Positions 1 to 10,316 of a stretch of 64,000 bases of DNA are shown here, piece after piece. Under the pieces are notes generated by a model, which was not told the origin of the DNA, did no database searches, and saw only the letters and a list, made by a program, of their open reading frames with translations. Origin of the DNA: Pseudomonadota bacterium (lineage in GTDB: Bacteria; Desulfobacterota; Desulfovibrionia; Desulfovibrionales; Desulfovibrionaceae); the NCBI GenBank assembly GCA_023435825.1, contig JAEZMB010000139.1:4433-68432 (forward strand). Direction: 5' to 3'. Every line of letters begins with the position of its first letter. Position 1 is the stretch's first letter. A program made the position numbers and the translations under genes.

Positions 1-421
1 CATCCACGCCCAGCGTCAGGCGGAACTTGTCGCCCTCGAATTCCCCCGAGACCAGACAGGCATAGTCCATCAGCGCCGCGGCGCCGGTGGCCGGCGAGGC
101 CTTGGACAGGAAATAGGGAAAACGCAGGGTCATGTGGGCGTTCTGGGCTTCCAGGCGGGCGCGCACGTCTTCGAGCAGGGCCTTGAAGGTGACGAGGTCC
201 AGCTCGCCGGCGAAACCGGACAGGGCCTCCACGAACCGGCTCATGTGGGTGCCCTTGAACTGGGCCGGCAGATCCACGGACAGCTCCACATCGGCCACGG
301 TGTGCTGGCGGCCGCGCGCGCGGTCGCGCACCAGAAGCGGCAGGCGGAAATTCTTGATGCCGACCCGATCCAGGTCGATGGGAACCTCGGGAGGTCCGCT
401 TTGCACGTCTTGCATGGCCAT
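1..421 (-). CDS. folE2: GTP cyclohydrolase I type 2 (5' part; runs off window)
   Basis: Hand translation MAMQDVQSG...IGIKNFRLPL...VDLPAQFKGTHMSRFVE...FPYF contains the FolE2 KGTHMSRF motif; GGAGA RBS upstream. Confidence 0.9.
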   Translation of the reverse strand, partial: MAMQDVQSGPPEVPIDLDRVGIKNFRLPLLVRDRARGRQHTVADVELSVDLPAQFKGTHMSRFVEALSGFAGELDLVTFKALLEDVRARLEAQNAHMTLRFPYFLSKASPATGAAALMDYACLVSGEFEGDKFRLTLGVD

Positions 422-530
422 GATGGCGTATCTCCGGGATGGATGTCCCCGGCCTGGGCGCTGCGGCGGCGGGCGCGGGGGAGGCGTTTCCTACGCCGGG
501 CGGACGCCCCTGTAAAGCCGGCGGCAGGCC

Positions 531-637
531 GTCCTGCCCCTTAGGCGGGGCATCGGCCGGAAAACAACGCCGGCCGGGAACGCCCTCATGTCTTGTTCCG
601 GAAAAACATGGTGGTATTTTTCAGGAAACACAGGGAC
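531..637 (-). mobile_element. Degenerate copy of ~100-bp MITE-like repeat
   Basis: Minus strand ccctgtgtttcctgaaaaatacc...cctaaggggcaggac resembles the other copies in core and length. Confidence 0.45.
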
Positions 638-687
638 TTTATGTTGTCATCCGCAAACCGCCGCCAGCGGTTATCGCTGATGCGGCG

Positions 688-1107
688 CTACACGATCTCC
701 TGGCCGGTGGTGGCCAGGGTGAGCTTGCCGTACTTGACGCCGCGCGTGGAGATGAGCTTTTGCGACAGCCGCTGCACGGCCTCGCCCGGCCCCTTGAGCA
801 CCAGCGCTTCCAGGCAGTTGTGGTGGTCGAGATGCACGTGCATGGACGACAGGATCACGTCGTGCTGCTCGTGCTGGGTCTCGATGAGCCGTTGGGCCAG
901 ATCGGAGGTGTGGTGGTCGTAGACCAGCGTCAGCACGCCGGCCACTTCCTTGTCCGACTGCTCCCATTCCTTTTGCACCAAAACGCCCCGGATGAGGTCG
1001 CGGATGGCTTCGGAACGGGTCTGATAGCTTTTCTCGTCGCACAGCGCGTCGAACTTCTCCAGAAGTTCGGAATTGAGCGACACGCCAAAGCGGATGGTCT
1101 GTCCCAT
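688..1107 (-). CDS. nikR: Nickel-responsive regulator NikR
   Basis: RHH N-terminus (IRFGVSL...[10 protein letters not shown]) and [11 protein letters not shown]i site; AGGAG RBS. Confidence 0.95.
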   Translation of the reverse strand: MGQTIRFGVSLNSELLEKFDALCDEKSYQTRSEAIRDLIRGVLVQKEWEQSDKEVAGVLTLVYDHHTSDLAQRLIETQHEQHDVILSSMHVHLDHHNCLEALVLKGPGEAVQRLSQKLISTRGVKYGKLTLATTGQEIV

Positions 1108-1118
1108 GCCCCCTCTCC

Positions 1119-1224
1119 TGGTGCCGTATCCTCGAAGAACGCCCACGCGCCCTTGAGGACACCATCGTTGAATAATTGTTTCCCTTAAAAAATACCGGCG
1201 TATTTATTAAGGACGCAACACTAG
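1119..1224 (-). mobile_element. ~100-bp MITE-like repeat
   Basis: CTAGTGTTGCGTCC-ttaataaatacg...ttcttcga-GGATACGGCACCAG; its TAG is the methyltransferase stop codon. Confidence 0.75.
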
Positions 1225-1916
1225 GGTCTGATTTCGTAGAGGCTGATGGTGCTGCGGCAAGAGGCCACGGCCACCGATTCCTCATGCAGCCGCCTGACGG
1301 CAAAGCCGTCGGCGGCAAGCCTGTCCCACACGCCCCGCGACACCTCGCGCCAGGGTTCGGCCAGCACCACCCGGCCGCCCGGGGCCAGGCAGGAGCGGAA
1401 AATCGCGGTCAGCGGCTCGTAAAACCGCGTCTCGTATAAAATGTCGCTGCCCCAGAGCAGATCGAACATGCCGTCGGCCAGGGCCGGGGCGCGCCAGTCC
1501 ATGACGGCAAAGGCCGCCGACAGGCCATTTTCCCGGGCATTGCGCAAGCCATGGGCCACGGCCGCCGGCTCGTGGTCCACGCCCAGCACCCGTGCTCCGG
1601 CCGCCGCCCCGGCCATGGCCGAAAGCCCCATGCCGCAGCCGAGGTCCAGGCAGCGCCTGCCGGCCAGCTCGTCCGGCCGGGACTCCAGCCAGGCGGCGAG
1701 CAGCAGGCTGGCCGGCCACAGCTCGGCCCAGTAGGGCATGCGCTCGTCGGCTCCGAAGCCGTCCTGGCCCAGGCCTTCCCACAGCGACTCCATGTCCGCC
1801 TCGCGCCACAGCACGTATTCGCGGCCGGCAAGGGGCAGACGCATGCGGCCGTCCACCCATTGGGGCGCGGCGGCCCATTGGGGCAGGATCGGCACTGGGA
1901 CGGCGATTCGGTTCAC
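1221..1916 (-). CDS. Class I SAM methyltransferase (Methyltransf_16-like)
   Basis: PYWAELWPAS, LDLGCGMG and SDILYE motifs; GTG start inferred from GAGG RBS. Confidence 0.85.
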   Translation of the reverse strand: MNRIAVPVPILPQWAAAPQWVDGRMRLPLAGREYVLWREADMESLWEGLGQDGFGADERMPYWAELWPASLLLAAWLESRPDELAGRRCLDLGCGMGLSAMAGAAAGARVLGVDHEPAAVAHGLRNARENGLSAAFAVMDWRAPALADGMFDLLWGSDILYETRFYEPLTAIFRSCLAPGGRVVLAEPWREVSRGVWDRLAADGFAVRRLHEESVAVASCRSTISLYEIRP

Positions 1917-2145
1917 GAAACTGCTTCCTCGCAAGTCAAAAACGCGCCATGACGCATCTTCCGTGTTACCGTGAATCACGAAAAGGCGCAACCCGGGGCA
2001 CGACCGACGATTATTCGGCAGCAAACCGAAGCATTGCCCCGACGCCGCTTGCCCCAGGCCTGCCAACGCGCTATTTGACGGCCAGCCCGTCGCGGCCTGT
2101 CGCGGGCGGGACCAAAGACCGATCATCACGTCAGGGAGAAGCGCC

Positions 2146-2520
2146 ATGCAAAAGGATCTACTCTATTCCAAGTCACATGAATGGGCCAGGGTCGAAGACG
2201 AAATCGCGGTGGTCGGCATCACCGATTTCGCCCAGGAACAACTCGGCGACATCACCTTCGTGGAACTGCCTGCCGTGGGCGACACCGTCGAGGCCGGCCG
2301 GGAAATGGGCTCCGTGGAGTCCGTCAAGGCCGCCAGCGAACTCTACAGCCCGGTTAGCGGCGAGGTCATCGAGGTCAACGAGGAGTTGGAAAGCGCTCCC
2401 GAAAAGGTCAACTCCGACCCTTACGGCGAAGGCTGGCTGATCCGCGTGCGGCTCACCGACGAGCCCGCCGGCTTGCTGTCGCCCGAGGAGTACGAGGAAC
2501 TGGCCAAGGCCGAGCACTAA
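2146..2520 (+). CDS. gcvH: Glycine cleavage H protein
   Basis: HEW, GITDFAQ and VESVKAASE lipoyl-lysine motif. Confidence 0.97.
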   Translation: MQKDLLYSKSHEWARVEDEIAVVGITDFAQEQLGDITFVELPAVGDTVEAGREMGSVESVKAASELYSPVSGEVIEVNEELESAPEKVNSDPYGEGWLIRVRLTDEPAGLLSPEEYEELAKAEH

Positions 2521-2534
2521 AATCGGAGCGCCCC

Positions 2535-3866
2535 ATGCCCTATATCCCCCACACCCCGGAGGAAATCCGGGAAATGCTCGACGCCGTCGGCGCGCCCGAC
2601 GTCGATGCCCTGTTCGCCGAAATCCCGGCCGCGCTGCGTCCCCAGAGCTTCGATCTGGCCAAGGGAGCCACGGAAATGGCCGTGCGCGCCGCCATGGAGA
2701 AGCTGTCGGCCAAAAACCGCATCGACCTGACGAGCTTTCTCGGCGGCGGCTTTTATGACCACTACGTCCCGGCCGCCTCGGACCTGCTGCTGTCGCGCGG
2801 GGAATTCTACACCGCCTACACGCCCTATCAGCCCGAGGCCTCCCAGGGGACGCTGCAGGCCATCTTCGAGTACCAGACCGCGGTGTGCCGGCTCATGGAC
2901 ATGGAGTGCTCCAACGCCGGCGTCTACGACGGCGGCACCGCCCTCTACGAGGCGCTGATGATGGCCGTGCGCCACACCCGGCGCAAAAAGGCCGTGGTCA
3001 GCGAGACGGTCAGCCCCATCTACCGCATCGTGCTGGCCACCTACACCAAAAATCTCCACCTCGACCTGGTCGTCGTGTCCCATAAAAACGGCCTGGACGA
3101 CTTCGAGGCCCTGACGGCCGCCGTAGACTGCGACACCGCCGCCATCGTTGTGCAAAATCCCAATTTCTTCGGCAACGTCCAGGACTTCACCGCCCTGTTC
3201 GAACACGCCAGGGACAAGGGCGCGGTGTCGGTCATCTCCTGCTACCCGGTGCTCCAGACGGTGCTCAAAACCCCCGGAGCCATGGGCGCGGACATCGCCA
3301 CGGCCGAAGGCCAGAGCCTGGGCCTGCCGCTGTCGTTTGGCGGCCCCTACCTCGGCATCATGACCTGCAAGAAAAGCCTCGTGCGCCAGATGCCCGGCCG
3401 CATCGCCGGCCGCACCAAGGACGCTGAGGGCCGCACCGGCTACGTGCTGACGCTGCAAGCCCGCGAGCAGCACATCCGCCGCCAGAAGGCCACGTCCAAC
3501 ATCTGCTCCAACCAGGCCCTGTGCGCCCTGCGCGCGCTTATTAACCTGTGCCTCACCGGCAACGAAGGGCTTTCCCGCCAGGCCGCCCGGTCCATCGAAA
3601 ACGCCAACTACGCCGCCTGGAAGCTCGGCGCCATCCCCGGCGTCAAGCTGTTAAACGAAGCGCCCTTTGGCAACGAATTCGCGGCCGTGTTCCCGGTAAA
3701 CGCCAAGCAGGTGGCCCGCACGCTCATGGACGGCGGCATCGTGCCGGGCTTCCCCTTGGGCCGCTACTACAAGGGATTGGAAAACGCGCTGCTGATCTGC
3801 TGCACCGAAAAGCACGACCGCGCCGACATCGACCGCCTGGCCCGGCGGCTGGAGAACGCCTTATGA
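2535..3866 (+). CDS. gcvPA: Glycine dehydrogenase subunit 1
   Basis: YTPYQPEASQG, REQHIRR.KATSNICSNQ. Confidence 0.97.
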   Translation: MPYIPHTPEEIREMLDAVGAPDVDALFAEIPAALRPQSFDLAKGATEMAVRAAMEKLSAKNRIDLTSFLGGGFYDHYVPAASDLLLSRGEFYTAYTPYQPEASQGTLQAIFEYQTAVCRLMDMECSNAGVYDGGTALYEALMMAVRHTRRKKAVVSETVSPIYRIVLATYTKNLHLDLVVVSHKNGLDDFEALTAAVDCDTAAIVVQNPNFFGNVQDFTALFEHARDKGAVSVISCYPVLQTVLKTPGAMGADIATAEGQSLGLPLSFGGPYLGIMTCKKSLVRQMPGRIAGRTKDAEGRTGYVLTLQAREQHIRRQKATSNICSNQALCALRALINLCLTGNEGLSRQAARSIENANYAAWKLGAIPGVKLLNEAPFGNEFAAVFPVNAKQVARTLMDGGIVPGFPLGRYYKGLENALLICCTEKHDRADIDRLARRLENAL

Positions 3867-5311
3867 GCACCGTCTTTTCCAAATCCGTTCCCGGCCGCGA
3901 AGGCGTGTGGCCCGAAGCGCCCAAGACCGATCCCGTCGACTTCATCCCCCAGCATCTGCTGCGCGAGGGCGACGCCGGCCTGCCGTCCCTGTCCGAGCTC
4001 GACGTGGTGCGCCACTTCACGGCCCTGTCGCGCAAGAACTACGGCGTGGACTCCAACTTCTATCCGCTGGGGTCGTGCACCATGAAGTACAACCCCAAGT
4101 TCACGGAAGAAGTGGCCGCCCTGCCCGGCTTCTCGCGCCTGCATCCGCTGACGCCCCAGCTTCCGGGCGGCGGCGACATGTCGGCCGGCTGCCTGGAGGT
4201 CATGTACGAGACCGAGCGCTGCCTGTGCGAGATCACCGGCATGGCCGCCTTCACCCTGCACCCCATGGCCGGGGCCCACGGCGAACTGACCGGCGCGCTC
4301 ATGATGGCCGCCTACCACGCCGACAAGGGCCACAAGAAGACCAAGATCATCTGCCCGGACTCGGCCCACGGCACCAACCCGGCCTCGGCCGCCATCGCCG
4401 GCTTCGAGGTCGTGACCATCGAATCCAAGGACGGCATCATCGACCCGGCCGCCCTGGCCGCGGTCATCGACGACGAAACCGCCGGCGTCATGATGACCGT
4501 GCCCAACACCCTTGGCCTTTTCGAGCGCCATCTGCCCGAGATCGTGGCTCTTTGCCGCAAGGTGGACGCGCTTTTGTACTACGACGGGGCCAACCTCAAC
4601 GCCATCCTGGGCAAGCTGCGGGTGGGCGACGCCGGCTTCGACGTGGTCCACATCAACCTGCACAAGACCTTTGCCACGCCCCACGGCGGCGGCGGCCCCG
4701 GGGCCGGTCCGGTGGGCGTGTCCGAACGCCTGATCCCGTACCTCCCCGTCTCGCGGGTGCAAAAGGACGAAGCCGGGCGGTTCTCCTTAAGCTACGACCA
4801 TCCCAAGTCCATCGGCTACGTGGCCCCGTTTTACGGCAACTTCGGGGTGGTGCTCAAAGCCTACGCCTACATCCTGCGCCTGGGCCGCGAGGGGCTGATT
4901 CGCGTGTCCGAGTCGGCGGTGCTGGCCGCCAACTACCTGCGCGCCCGGCTGGCCGAGGCCATCGAGGTGCCGTACAACCGCATCTGCATGCACGAGTTCG
5001 TGGCCTCGGCCGCGAAACTGGCGGCCGAGAAAAACGTGCGCGCCCTGGACATCGCCAAGGCGCTTTTGGACAAGGGCTACCACGCCCCCACCATCTACTT
5101 CCCGCTCATCGTCAAGGAAGCGCTCATGTTCGAGCCCACCGAAACCGAGAGCAAGGACACCCTGGACCAGTTCGTGGCCGATCTGCTGGACATCCTGGCC
5201 CAGGCCGAGACCGACCCCGAGGCCGTGCGCGCCTGTCCCACCACCCTGCCTGTGGGCCGGCTGGACGAGACCTACGCCGCCCGGGCCATGGAGATCACCG
5301 ATGACCTCTAG
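3863..5311 (+). CDS. gcvPB: Glycine dehydrogenase subunit 2
   Basis: PLGSCTMKYNP, NLHKTFATPHGGGGPG (PLP lysine); ATGA overlap with gcvPA. Confidence 0.97.
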   Translation: MSTVFSKSVPGREGVWPEAPKTDPVDFIPQHLLREGDAGLPSLSELDVVRHFTALSRKNYGVDSNFYPLGSCTMKYNPKFTEEVAALPGFSRLHPLTPQLPGGGDMSAGCLEVMYETERCLCEITGMAAFTLHPMAGAHGELTGALMMAAYHADKGHKKTKIICPDSAHGTNPASAAIAGFEVVTIESKDGIIDPAALAAVIDDETAGVMMTVPNTLGLFERHLPEIVALCRKVDALLYYDGANLNAILGKLRVGDAGFDVVHINLHKTFATPHGGGGPGAGPVGVSERLIPYLPVSRVQKDEAGRFSLSYDHPKSIGYVAPFYGNFGVVLKAYAYILRLGREGLIRVSESAVLAANYLRARLAEAIEVPYNRICMHEFVASAAKLAAEKNVRALDIAKALLDKGYHAPTIYFPLIVKEALMFEPTETESKDTLDQFVADLLDILAQAETDPEAVRACPTTLPVGRLDETYAARAMEITDDL

Positions 5312-6668
5312 CAAGCGGCTGGTGGTGGTCGGGGCCGGCCCCGGCGGCTACGAGGCCGCCCTGGCCGGCGCGGCCGCCGGGCTGGACGTGACGCTCATCG
5401 AGCGCGGCAAGCTCGGCGGGGCCTGCCTCAATTGGGGCTGCATCCCCACCAAGCACCTGCTGGCCGCCACCCTGGCCGTGGAGTGCCTGGCCGCCCAGGC
5501 CAAGCAGAAGCTGGCCTCGGGCACGGTCACGCCCGACCTGGCCGCAGTCCAGGCCAAGAAGAAAAAACTGCTCGCCGCCACCCACAACGCCATGGCCGCC
5601 CACCTGGGCAAAATCGGCGTGCGGCTGGTGACGGGCAACCTCACCGCCGTGGCCACGGGTTCGGCCGAGGTGTCGAGCGGCGGGAGCGTGGAACACATCC
5701 CGTTTGACAGCCTGATCCTGGCCCTGGGCTCGCGGCCGGCCGCCTTCCCCGGGGTCAAGCCCGACGGCAAGGCCGTGCTGGGCGTCGCGCCGGTGCTGGA
5801 CTTCGAGGCCGCCCCGGAGAGCTTCGTCATTGTCGGAGCCGGGGCCATCGGCCTGGAAATCGCCACCATCTACCACCGCCTGGGGACCAAGGTGACCCTG
5901 GTCGACGCCGCGCCGCGCCTGGCCCCGGCCGAGGACCCGGATGTGGCCAAGGTCGTGGCCCAGGTGATGCGCCGCGCCGGCATCGACGCCCGGCCCGGGG
6001 TCAAGGTGGAAAGCCTGGTCACCGACGAGGACGGCCGGGCAAAGCTCACCCTGGCCGGCGGCGAGACCGTCGTGGCCGACAAGGCGCTGGTCGCCATCGG
6101 CCGCTTCGCCGCCACCATCGTGCCGGGGCTGGCCGAATGCGGGGCCATGTTCGCCGACGACAATCCCAACCGGGCCTGGCTGCGCACCGACGACACCCTG
6201 CAAACCGCGCCCGGCATCTATGCCGTGGGCGACTGCAACGGCCGGGTGCTGCTGGCCCATGCCGCGTCGAGCCAGGGCGTCTACGCCGCCCGCCACGCCG
6301 CCGGCCTGGAGTCCGGACCCTACGCGCCGGGTCCCATCCCCGGCTGCTATTACGGGTCGCCCGAGATCATGCGGGTGGGGGCCATCGCCGCGCCCGGGGA
6401 CACGATCTCCGAAGCGGCCTTCGTGGCCAACCCCATCGCCCAGGCCCATGCCGACACCGCCGGCTTCGCCCGGGTGGTCTGGAAGGACGGCAAGGTGGCC
6501 GGCATCACGGCCGTGGGCCACGGCGCGTCCACCATGGGAACCCTGGCCACGGTCATGGTGGCCCAGGCCTGGACGCGCGAGCAGGCCGAGGCCCTGGTCT
6601 TCCCCCATCCGGGCCTGGATGAGACCCTCAAGGCCGCGCTGCTCGGCGAGATGAAAACAAAGGCCTAA
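5301..6668 (+). CDS. lpdA: Dihydrolipoamide dehydrogenase (glycine cleavage L protein)
   Basis: GAGPGG FAD motif, GGACLNWGCIP redox disulfide, C-terminal HP..DE; in the gcv operon. Confidence 0.9.
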   Translation: MTSSKRLVVVGAGPGGYEAALAGAAAGLDVTLIERGKLGGACLNWGCIPTKHLLAATLAVECLAAQAKQKLASGTVTPDLAAVQAKKKKLLAATHNAMAAHLGKIGVRLVTGNLTAVATGSAEVSSGGSVEHIPFDSLILALGSRPAAFPGVKPDGKAVLGVAPVLDFEAAPESFVIVGAGAIGLEIATIYHRLGTKVTLVDAAPRLAPAEDPDVAKVVAQVMRRAGIDARPGVKVESLVTDEDGRAKLTLAGGETVVADKALVAIGRFAATIVPGLAECGAMFADDNPNRAWLRTDDTLQTAPGIYAVGDCNGRVLLAHAASSQGVYAARHAAGLESGPYAPGPIPGCYYGSPEIMRVGAIAAPGDTISEAAFVANPIAQAHADTAGFARVVWKDGKVAGITAVGHGASTMGTLATVMVAQAWTREQAEALVFPHPGLDETLKAALLGEMKTKA

Positions 6669-6670
6669 GA

Positions 6671-6707
6671 TCCGGGGAACATTCCTGCATAAAGGATGTT
6701 CCCCGGA
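6671..6707. terminator. Stem-loop after gcv operon
   Basis: tccggggaacattcct...aggatgttccccgga inverted repeat; no U-tract. Confidence 0.5.
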
Positions 6708-6799
6708 GCCCTTTGCCAGCGTTTTGCAGAGGCAACACCAGCACCTGCCCCTTCTTCGGTCCTTGGACCTTCACCCAACCGGCAACAGGAATCGGGACC

Positions 6800-7696
6800 A
6801 TGCTGCACCATCCTTTCGCCTCCCATGACCAGGAAGCGGCCGGCCTCTCCCGCCGCGCCGTGCTCAAGGCCGGCCTCATCGGGGCCTGCACCCTGCTGAC
6901 CCCGTGCGCCGCCTGGGCGGCCGCCAAGAAAGAACACGCGTCCGACGCCAAGGCCGTACCCAAGGCTCCCCCAGGCCCGGCCCCGGCCACGCCCGAACCC
7001 GGCTACTACATGGCCAACAAGGCCAAATTCATCGCCGACTTCAAGGGCGTGTGCGGCGGCGCGGAAAAATGGATGGCCGCCCGCGTCCCCGCCCCCACGG
7101 CCAAGGCCGCCGCCGACGACGCCCTGCGCCGCTTCGAACTGCTGCTGCCGACCCTGCCTGACCTGGGCGGCACGGCCAACCGCAACCAGCCGTTTATCAC
7201 CATGGCCGGCTGGCTCGCCGCCCTGTGCCAGGCCATGCGCGAAAAAGGCATGACCGCCAAGGATTCCGGCCGGCTGCTCTACGACCTCTACGCCGCCGAC
7301 TGGGCCAGCGTGCCGCCGGCCAAGGCCCAGGCCATGGGCGCGGCCCTTTTCACCCCGGCCGCCCAGGAATCCATCAAGCTGTGGGCCGAAACCACCCAGA
7401 AACGCCTGCTGCCCGGCGACTGGGTCGTGCGTTACGTCGCCCCGGACGCCACCTTCGACGTCGGCTACGACTACCTCGAATGCGGCGCGGTCAAATACTT
7501 CAAGGCCCAAGGCGTGGCCGAAGTCGCGCCTTACTACTGCTTAAACGACTTCCTGGCCTCCCGCGCCCAGGGCACGGGCCTGTCCCGTCAGCACACCATC
7601 GCCCAGGGCGATCCGCTGTGCGACTTCCGCTACAAACGCGGCCGGCCCGTCACCCAGGACTGGAACACGGAAACGCCTAAGTTTAAGGTGGGTTAA
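6800..7696 (+). CDS. Tat-exported protein, L-2-amino-thiazoline-4-carboxylate hydrolase-like family
   Basis: SRRAVLK twin-arginine signal; C-terminal ECG...YC.ND...TIAQG...CDFR pattern. Confidence 0.7.
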   Translation: MLHHPFASHDQEAAGLSRRAVLKAGLIGACTLLTPCAAWAAAKKEHASDAKAVPKAPPGPAPATPEPGYYMANKAKFIADFKGVCGGAEKWMAARVPAPTAKAAADDALRRFELLLPTLPDLGGTANRNQPFITMAGWLAALCQAMREKGMTAKDSGRLLYDLYAADWASVPPAKAQAMGAALFTPAAQESIKLWAETTQKRLLPGDWVVRYVAPDATFDVGYDYLECGAVKYFKAQGVAEVAPYYCLNDFLASRAQGTGLSRQHTIAQGDPLCDFRYKRGRPVTQDWNTETPKFKVG

Positions 7697-7716
7697 GGGG
7701 GGAGAAAAGAGGAAGA

Positions 7717-7758
7717 GGCCTCCGGCGGCCAAAGGGGCTGAGCCCCTTTGGAAACCCC
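7717..7758. repeat. REP-like palindromic unit
   Basis: gcctccggcggccaaaggggctgagcccctttggaaacccc with ccaaagggg/cccctttgg hairpin; single copy in window. Confidence 0.45.
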
Positions 7759-7835
7759 ACCCAGGGGAGATTGTTCCTGTTGTTGCCGGGGGTTCGTTGA
7801 GTGTTCGTTTAAAAAAAATGGGATTCTAGAGAGAT

Positions 7836-8432
7836 ATGACCGTTACGCACACAAAATTGATTCTAGCCTCGGCCTCGCCGCGACGCCGCGAGCTGCTGGC
7901 CCTGGCCGGGGTGCCCTTTGAAATCGTCGTCAGCCCGGCCCAGGAGCCAGACCCGGACGTTAACGAACATCCCGCCGCCTACGCCGCCCGCATGGCCCGG
8001 CTCAAGGCCGCCGCCGTGGCCGAGGCGCACCCCACGGCCGTGGTCCTTGGCGCGGATTCCGTGGTGGCCGTGGGCGAGACCATTCTCGGCAAACCGGCCG
8101 ACGCCGCCGACGCCCTGCGCATGTTGCGGCTGCTCTCGGGCCGCAGCCATCAGGTGGTGACCGGCTGCGCCATCTTCGCCCCCGGCCGGGAACCCGAGAT
8201 TTTCACGGTCGCCACCGACGTGACCATGGGCGTGGTGTCGGATGATCGCTTGGCCGCCTACGTCGCCACCGGCGAACCCATGGACAAGGCCGGCGCTTAC
8301 GCCATCCAGGGCGGCGCGGCGGCCTTTGTCACCACCATCTGCGGCTCGTATACCAACGTTGTGGGCCTGCCCCTGGCGGAAGTGGTCGCGGTGTTGGGAC
8401 GCTGGGGAGCCGCCGTTCCGGCGCGACCTTGA
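7836..8432 (+). CDS. maf: Maf nucleotide pyrophosphatase (YhdE type)
   Basis: LILASASPRR, GAD, DKAGAYAIQG, NVVGLP. Confidence 0.93.
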   Translation: MTVTHTKLILASASPRRRELLALAGVPFEIVVSPAQEPDPDVNEHPAAYAARMARLKAAAVAEAHPTAVVLGADSVVAVGETILGKPADAADALRMLRLLSGRSHQVVTGCAIFAPGREPEIFTVATDVTMGVVSDDRLAAYVATGEPMDKAGAYAIQGGAAAFVTTICGSYTNVVGLPLAEVVAVLGRWGAAVPARP

Positions 8433-8531
8433 AGGCTCCCCGCGCCATGTCCACGACGGTGCAGCCTTACGTTGGCAGCGGCGTTTGGTGGCCCCGAAAG
8501 GCGCAAAACCTCAGCCCCTCGCGAAAACGCC

Positions 8532-9140
8532 ATGCTGCAAACGCTCTTCACCAAAACCTCCGAGCTTGCCGAATTTAAGGCCGTCCACCACGACGACGCC
8601 GTCTTGGTGTTGCCCTACATCGACGAAGGACTGGCGCGCCGGCTGGCCGAGGTCCTGGTCCGCCGGGCGCTGCACCCAGGCCTCGTGGTGTTCGTGGAAG
8701 ATGACCGGCGACTGGGCTTCATCAAGACCGCCAACGTGATCTGTTCCCGTTCATCCTCGCGCTATTTCGGCTATCTTGCCCAGGACGTTTTTCCCAGCGA
8801 CGGCTGGTTGCAGGCCGCGCTTTCCATCATGGACGCCACGGAAAACGGCCTCCTGGCCTTCAACGACGGCCGTTTTCACGGCACGCTGGCCGTGTTCGGC
8901 CTGGCGCGCCGCACCTGGCTGAAAAGGCTGTACCATCATTTCGTCTTCTTCCCCGGCTACCAGAGCCATTACGGCGACACCGAACTGTCCGCCATCGCCA
9001 TCCACCAGAACACCCTGGTCTACAACCCGGGGTGCGTCATGCTCGAAGTCGATTACGAGAAGCACACGAAAGGCAACAATCCCGACGACAAAGCGCTTTT
9101 TGAGCAACGCCTAGCGCAAGGGTTCGGCGGCTTGATCTGA
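8532..9140 (+). CDS. Hypothetical protein, GT-A glycosyltransferase-like
   Basis: GF.K..N, YLAQD and HYGDTEL resemble GT2 motifs. Confidence 0.5.
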   Translation: MLQTLFTKTSELAEFKAVHHDDAVLVLPYIDEGLARRLAEVLVRRALHPGLVVFVEDDRRLGFIKTANVICSRSSSRYFGYLAQDVFPSDGWLQAALSIMDATENGLLAFNDGRFHGTLAVFGLARRTWLKRLYHHFVFFPGYQSHYGDTELSAIAIHQNTLVYNPGCVMLEVDYEKHTKGNNPDDKALFEQRLAQGFGGLI

Positions 9141-9237
9141 CACGCCGAGGAAGCCAACGGATTGGCCGGCTCCGCGCACCAGGGGCTGGAACAACGCAGC
9201 CGGCCGACGCAGCCGACAGCGAGCGACGCCCGGCCCG

Positions 9238-9612
9238 CTAGAGCGTCTGCTTGATCGCCGTGACCGTCACCTCCAGCACCCGGGTCACAAACGCATAACG
9301 GCTTTTCATCAGGTCATAGTCCGGCCCTTCCTTGAGGAAACGGGCCGTGCCTTCCAGATAAAACCCCGTGCCCGGCCCCATGCGCCCTTGCACTTCCTTG
9401 CTGCCCACCGTCAGCAGCACCTTGGCGTTTTGACGCACCTTTTCCTCGGTCTTGCGCATCTTCCAGGCCGGTATGAGCAGCCGGTTCTCGCCGGCCGGCG
9501 TCAGATACGAATTCCAGGTGTTGACCACATGGGCCTCGCCGTCGGCGCAACTCACAATGGCCACAACGCCTTCCTTGCCGAGCACTTCCTTGAACGTTTC
9601 CGGGAACATCAC
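9238..9612 (-). CDS. FMN-binding split-barrel (pyridoxamine 5'-phosphate oxidase family) protein
   Basis: EGVVAI, HVVNTWNSY, GSKEVQG..GPGTGF typical of Desulfovibrio FMN-binding protein. Confidence 0.85.
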   Translation of the reverse strand: MMFPETFKEVLGKEGVVAIVSCADGEAHVVNTWNSYLTPAGENRLLIPAWKMRKTEEKVRQNAKVLLTVGSKEVQGRMGPGTGFYLEGTARFLKEGPDYDLMKSRYAFVTRVLEVTVTAIKQTL

Positions 9613-9630
9613 GTTGCTCCTTGTTTTTAA

Positions 9631-9670
9631 TTGTAGACAATCACTATCCGGGATAGCTTTAATCGTCTTT
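9631..9670. promoter_or_regulatory. Candidate Rrf2/RsrR operator
   Basis: ttgtagacaatcactatccgggatagctttaatcgtcttt: overlapping imperfect dyads between divergent genes. Confidence 0.5.
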
Positions 9671-9738
9671 TCCAGGAGCCGTCAAGACAAAACCCAGCGC
9701 TTGGGCTATGCTCGGCGGATCGGATCGGGAGGTGGCAG

Positions 9739-10227
9739 GTGCAGTTCAGTGTCGGGGTAGAATACGCGTTTCATTCACTTTTTTACATGATCGGCCTGCC
9801 GGAAGGCAAAACCGTGGGCATCCGGCGCATTGCCGAACTGCATGGCATCACGGAAACGTATCTCTCCAAGATATTTACGAAACTTCGCAAGGCAGCCATC
9901 GTCAAATCCATCCCTGGCGTCAAGGGCGGCTATGAACTGGCCCGCAAGGCCGAGGACATCACCTTCTGGGACGTCATCGAAGCCGTCGAAGGGCCGTCGT
10001 ACCTGTTCCAGTGCGCCGAGATCCGCAAGAAAAACCTCTTCGTGGACGATCCCTCGGTCTATACGGACAAGTGCCCCTGCCTCATCAAGGTCGTCATCCA
10101 GGAGGCCGAGGACAAATTCCGCGACAGCCTGCGCGGCCGGTCGCTGCAATGGCTGTTCGACCGCGTGCGGGGCGATTTCTCCGAGGAGAAAAAGCGGGCC
10201 ATCGCCGACTGGATGGAGAAGGTCTAG
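9739..10227 (+). CDS. Rrf2-family regulator, RsrR-like
   Basis: VEYAFH (E8/H12), wHTH, FQCAEIR...CPCLI. Confidence 0.9.
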   Translation: MQFSVGVEYAFHSLFYMIGLPEGKTVGIRRIAELHGITETYLSKIFTKLRKAAIVKSIPGVKGGYELARKAEDITFWDVIEAVEGPSYLFQCAEIRKKNLFVDDPSVYTDKCPCLIKVVIQEAEDKFRDSLRGRSLQWLFDRVRGDFSEEKKRAIADWMEKV

Positions 10228-10316
10228 GGCTGGGCACAAACGGGGAACGGAAAGCATTTCGTGACGCCAACCGTCGTGACGATTTACCGGCGCGACGCGC
10301 CAGCCGGAGAAAGACC

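Noticed and set aside
590..630. NikR operator palindrome upstream of folE2
   Set aside because: Better explained as the AT-rich core of a degenerate MITE copy; does not match NikR site patterns I know
1917..2145. Glycine riboswitch upstream of gcvH
   Set aside because: No GGAGA/CCGAAG/CTCTCAGG aptamer pattern
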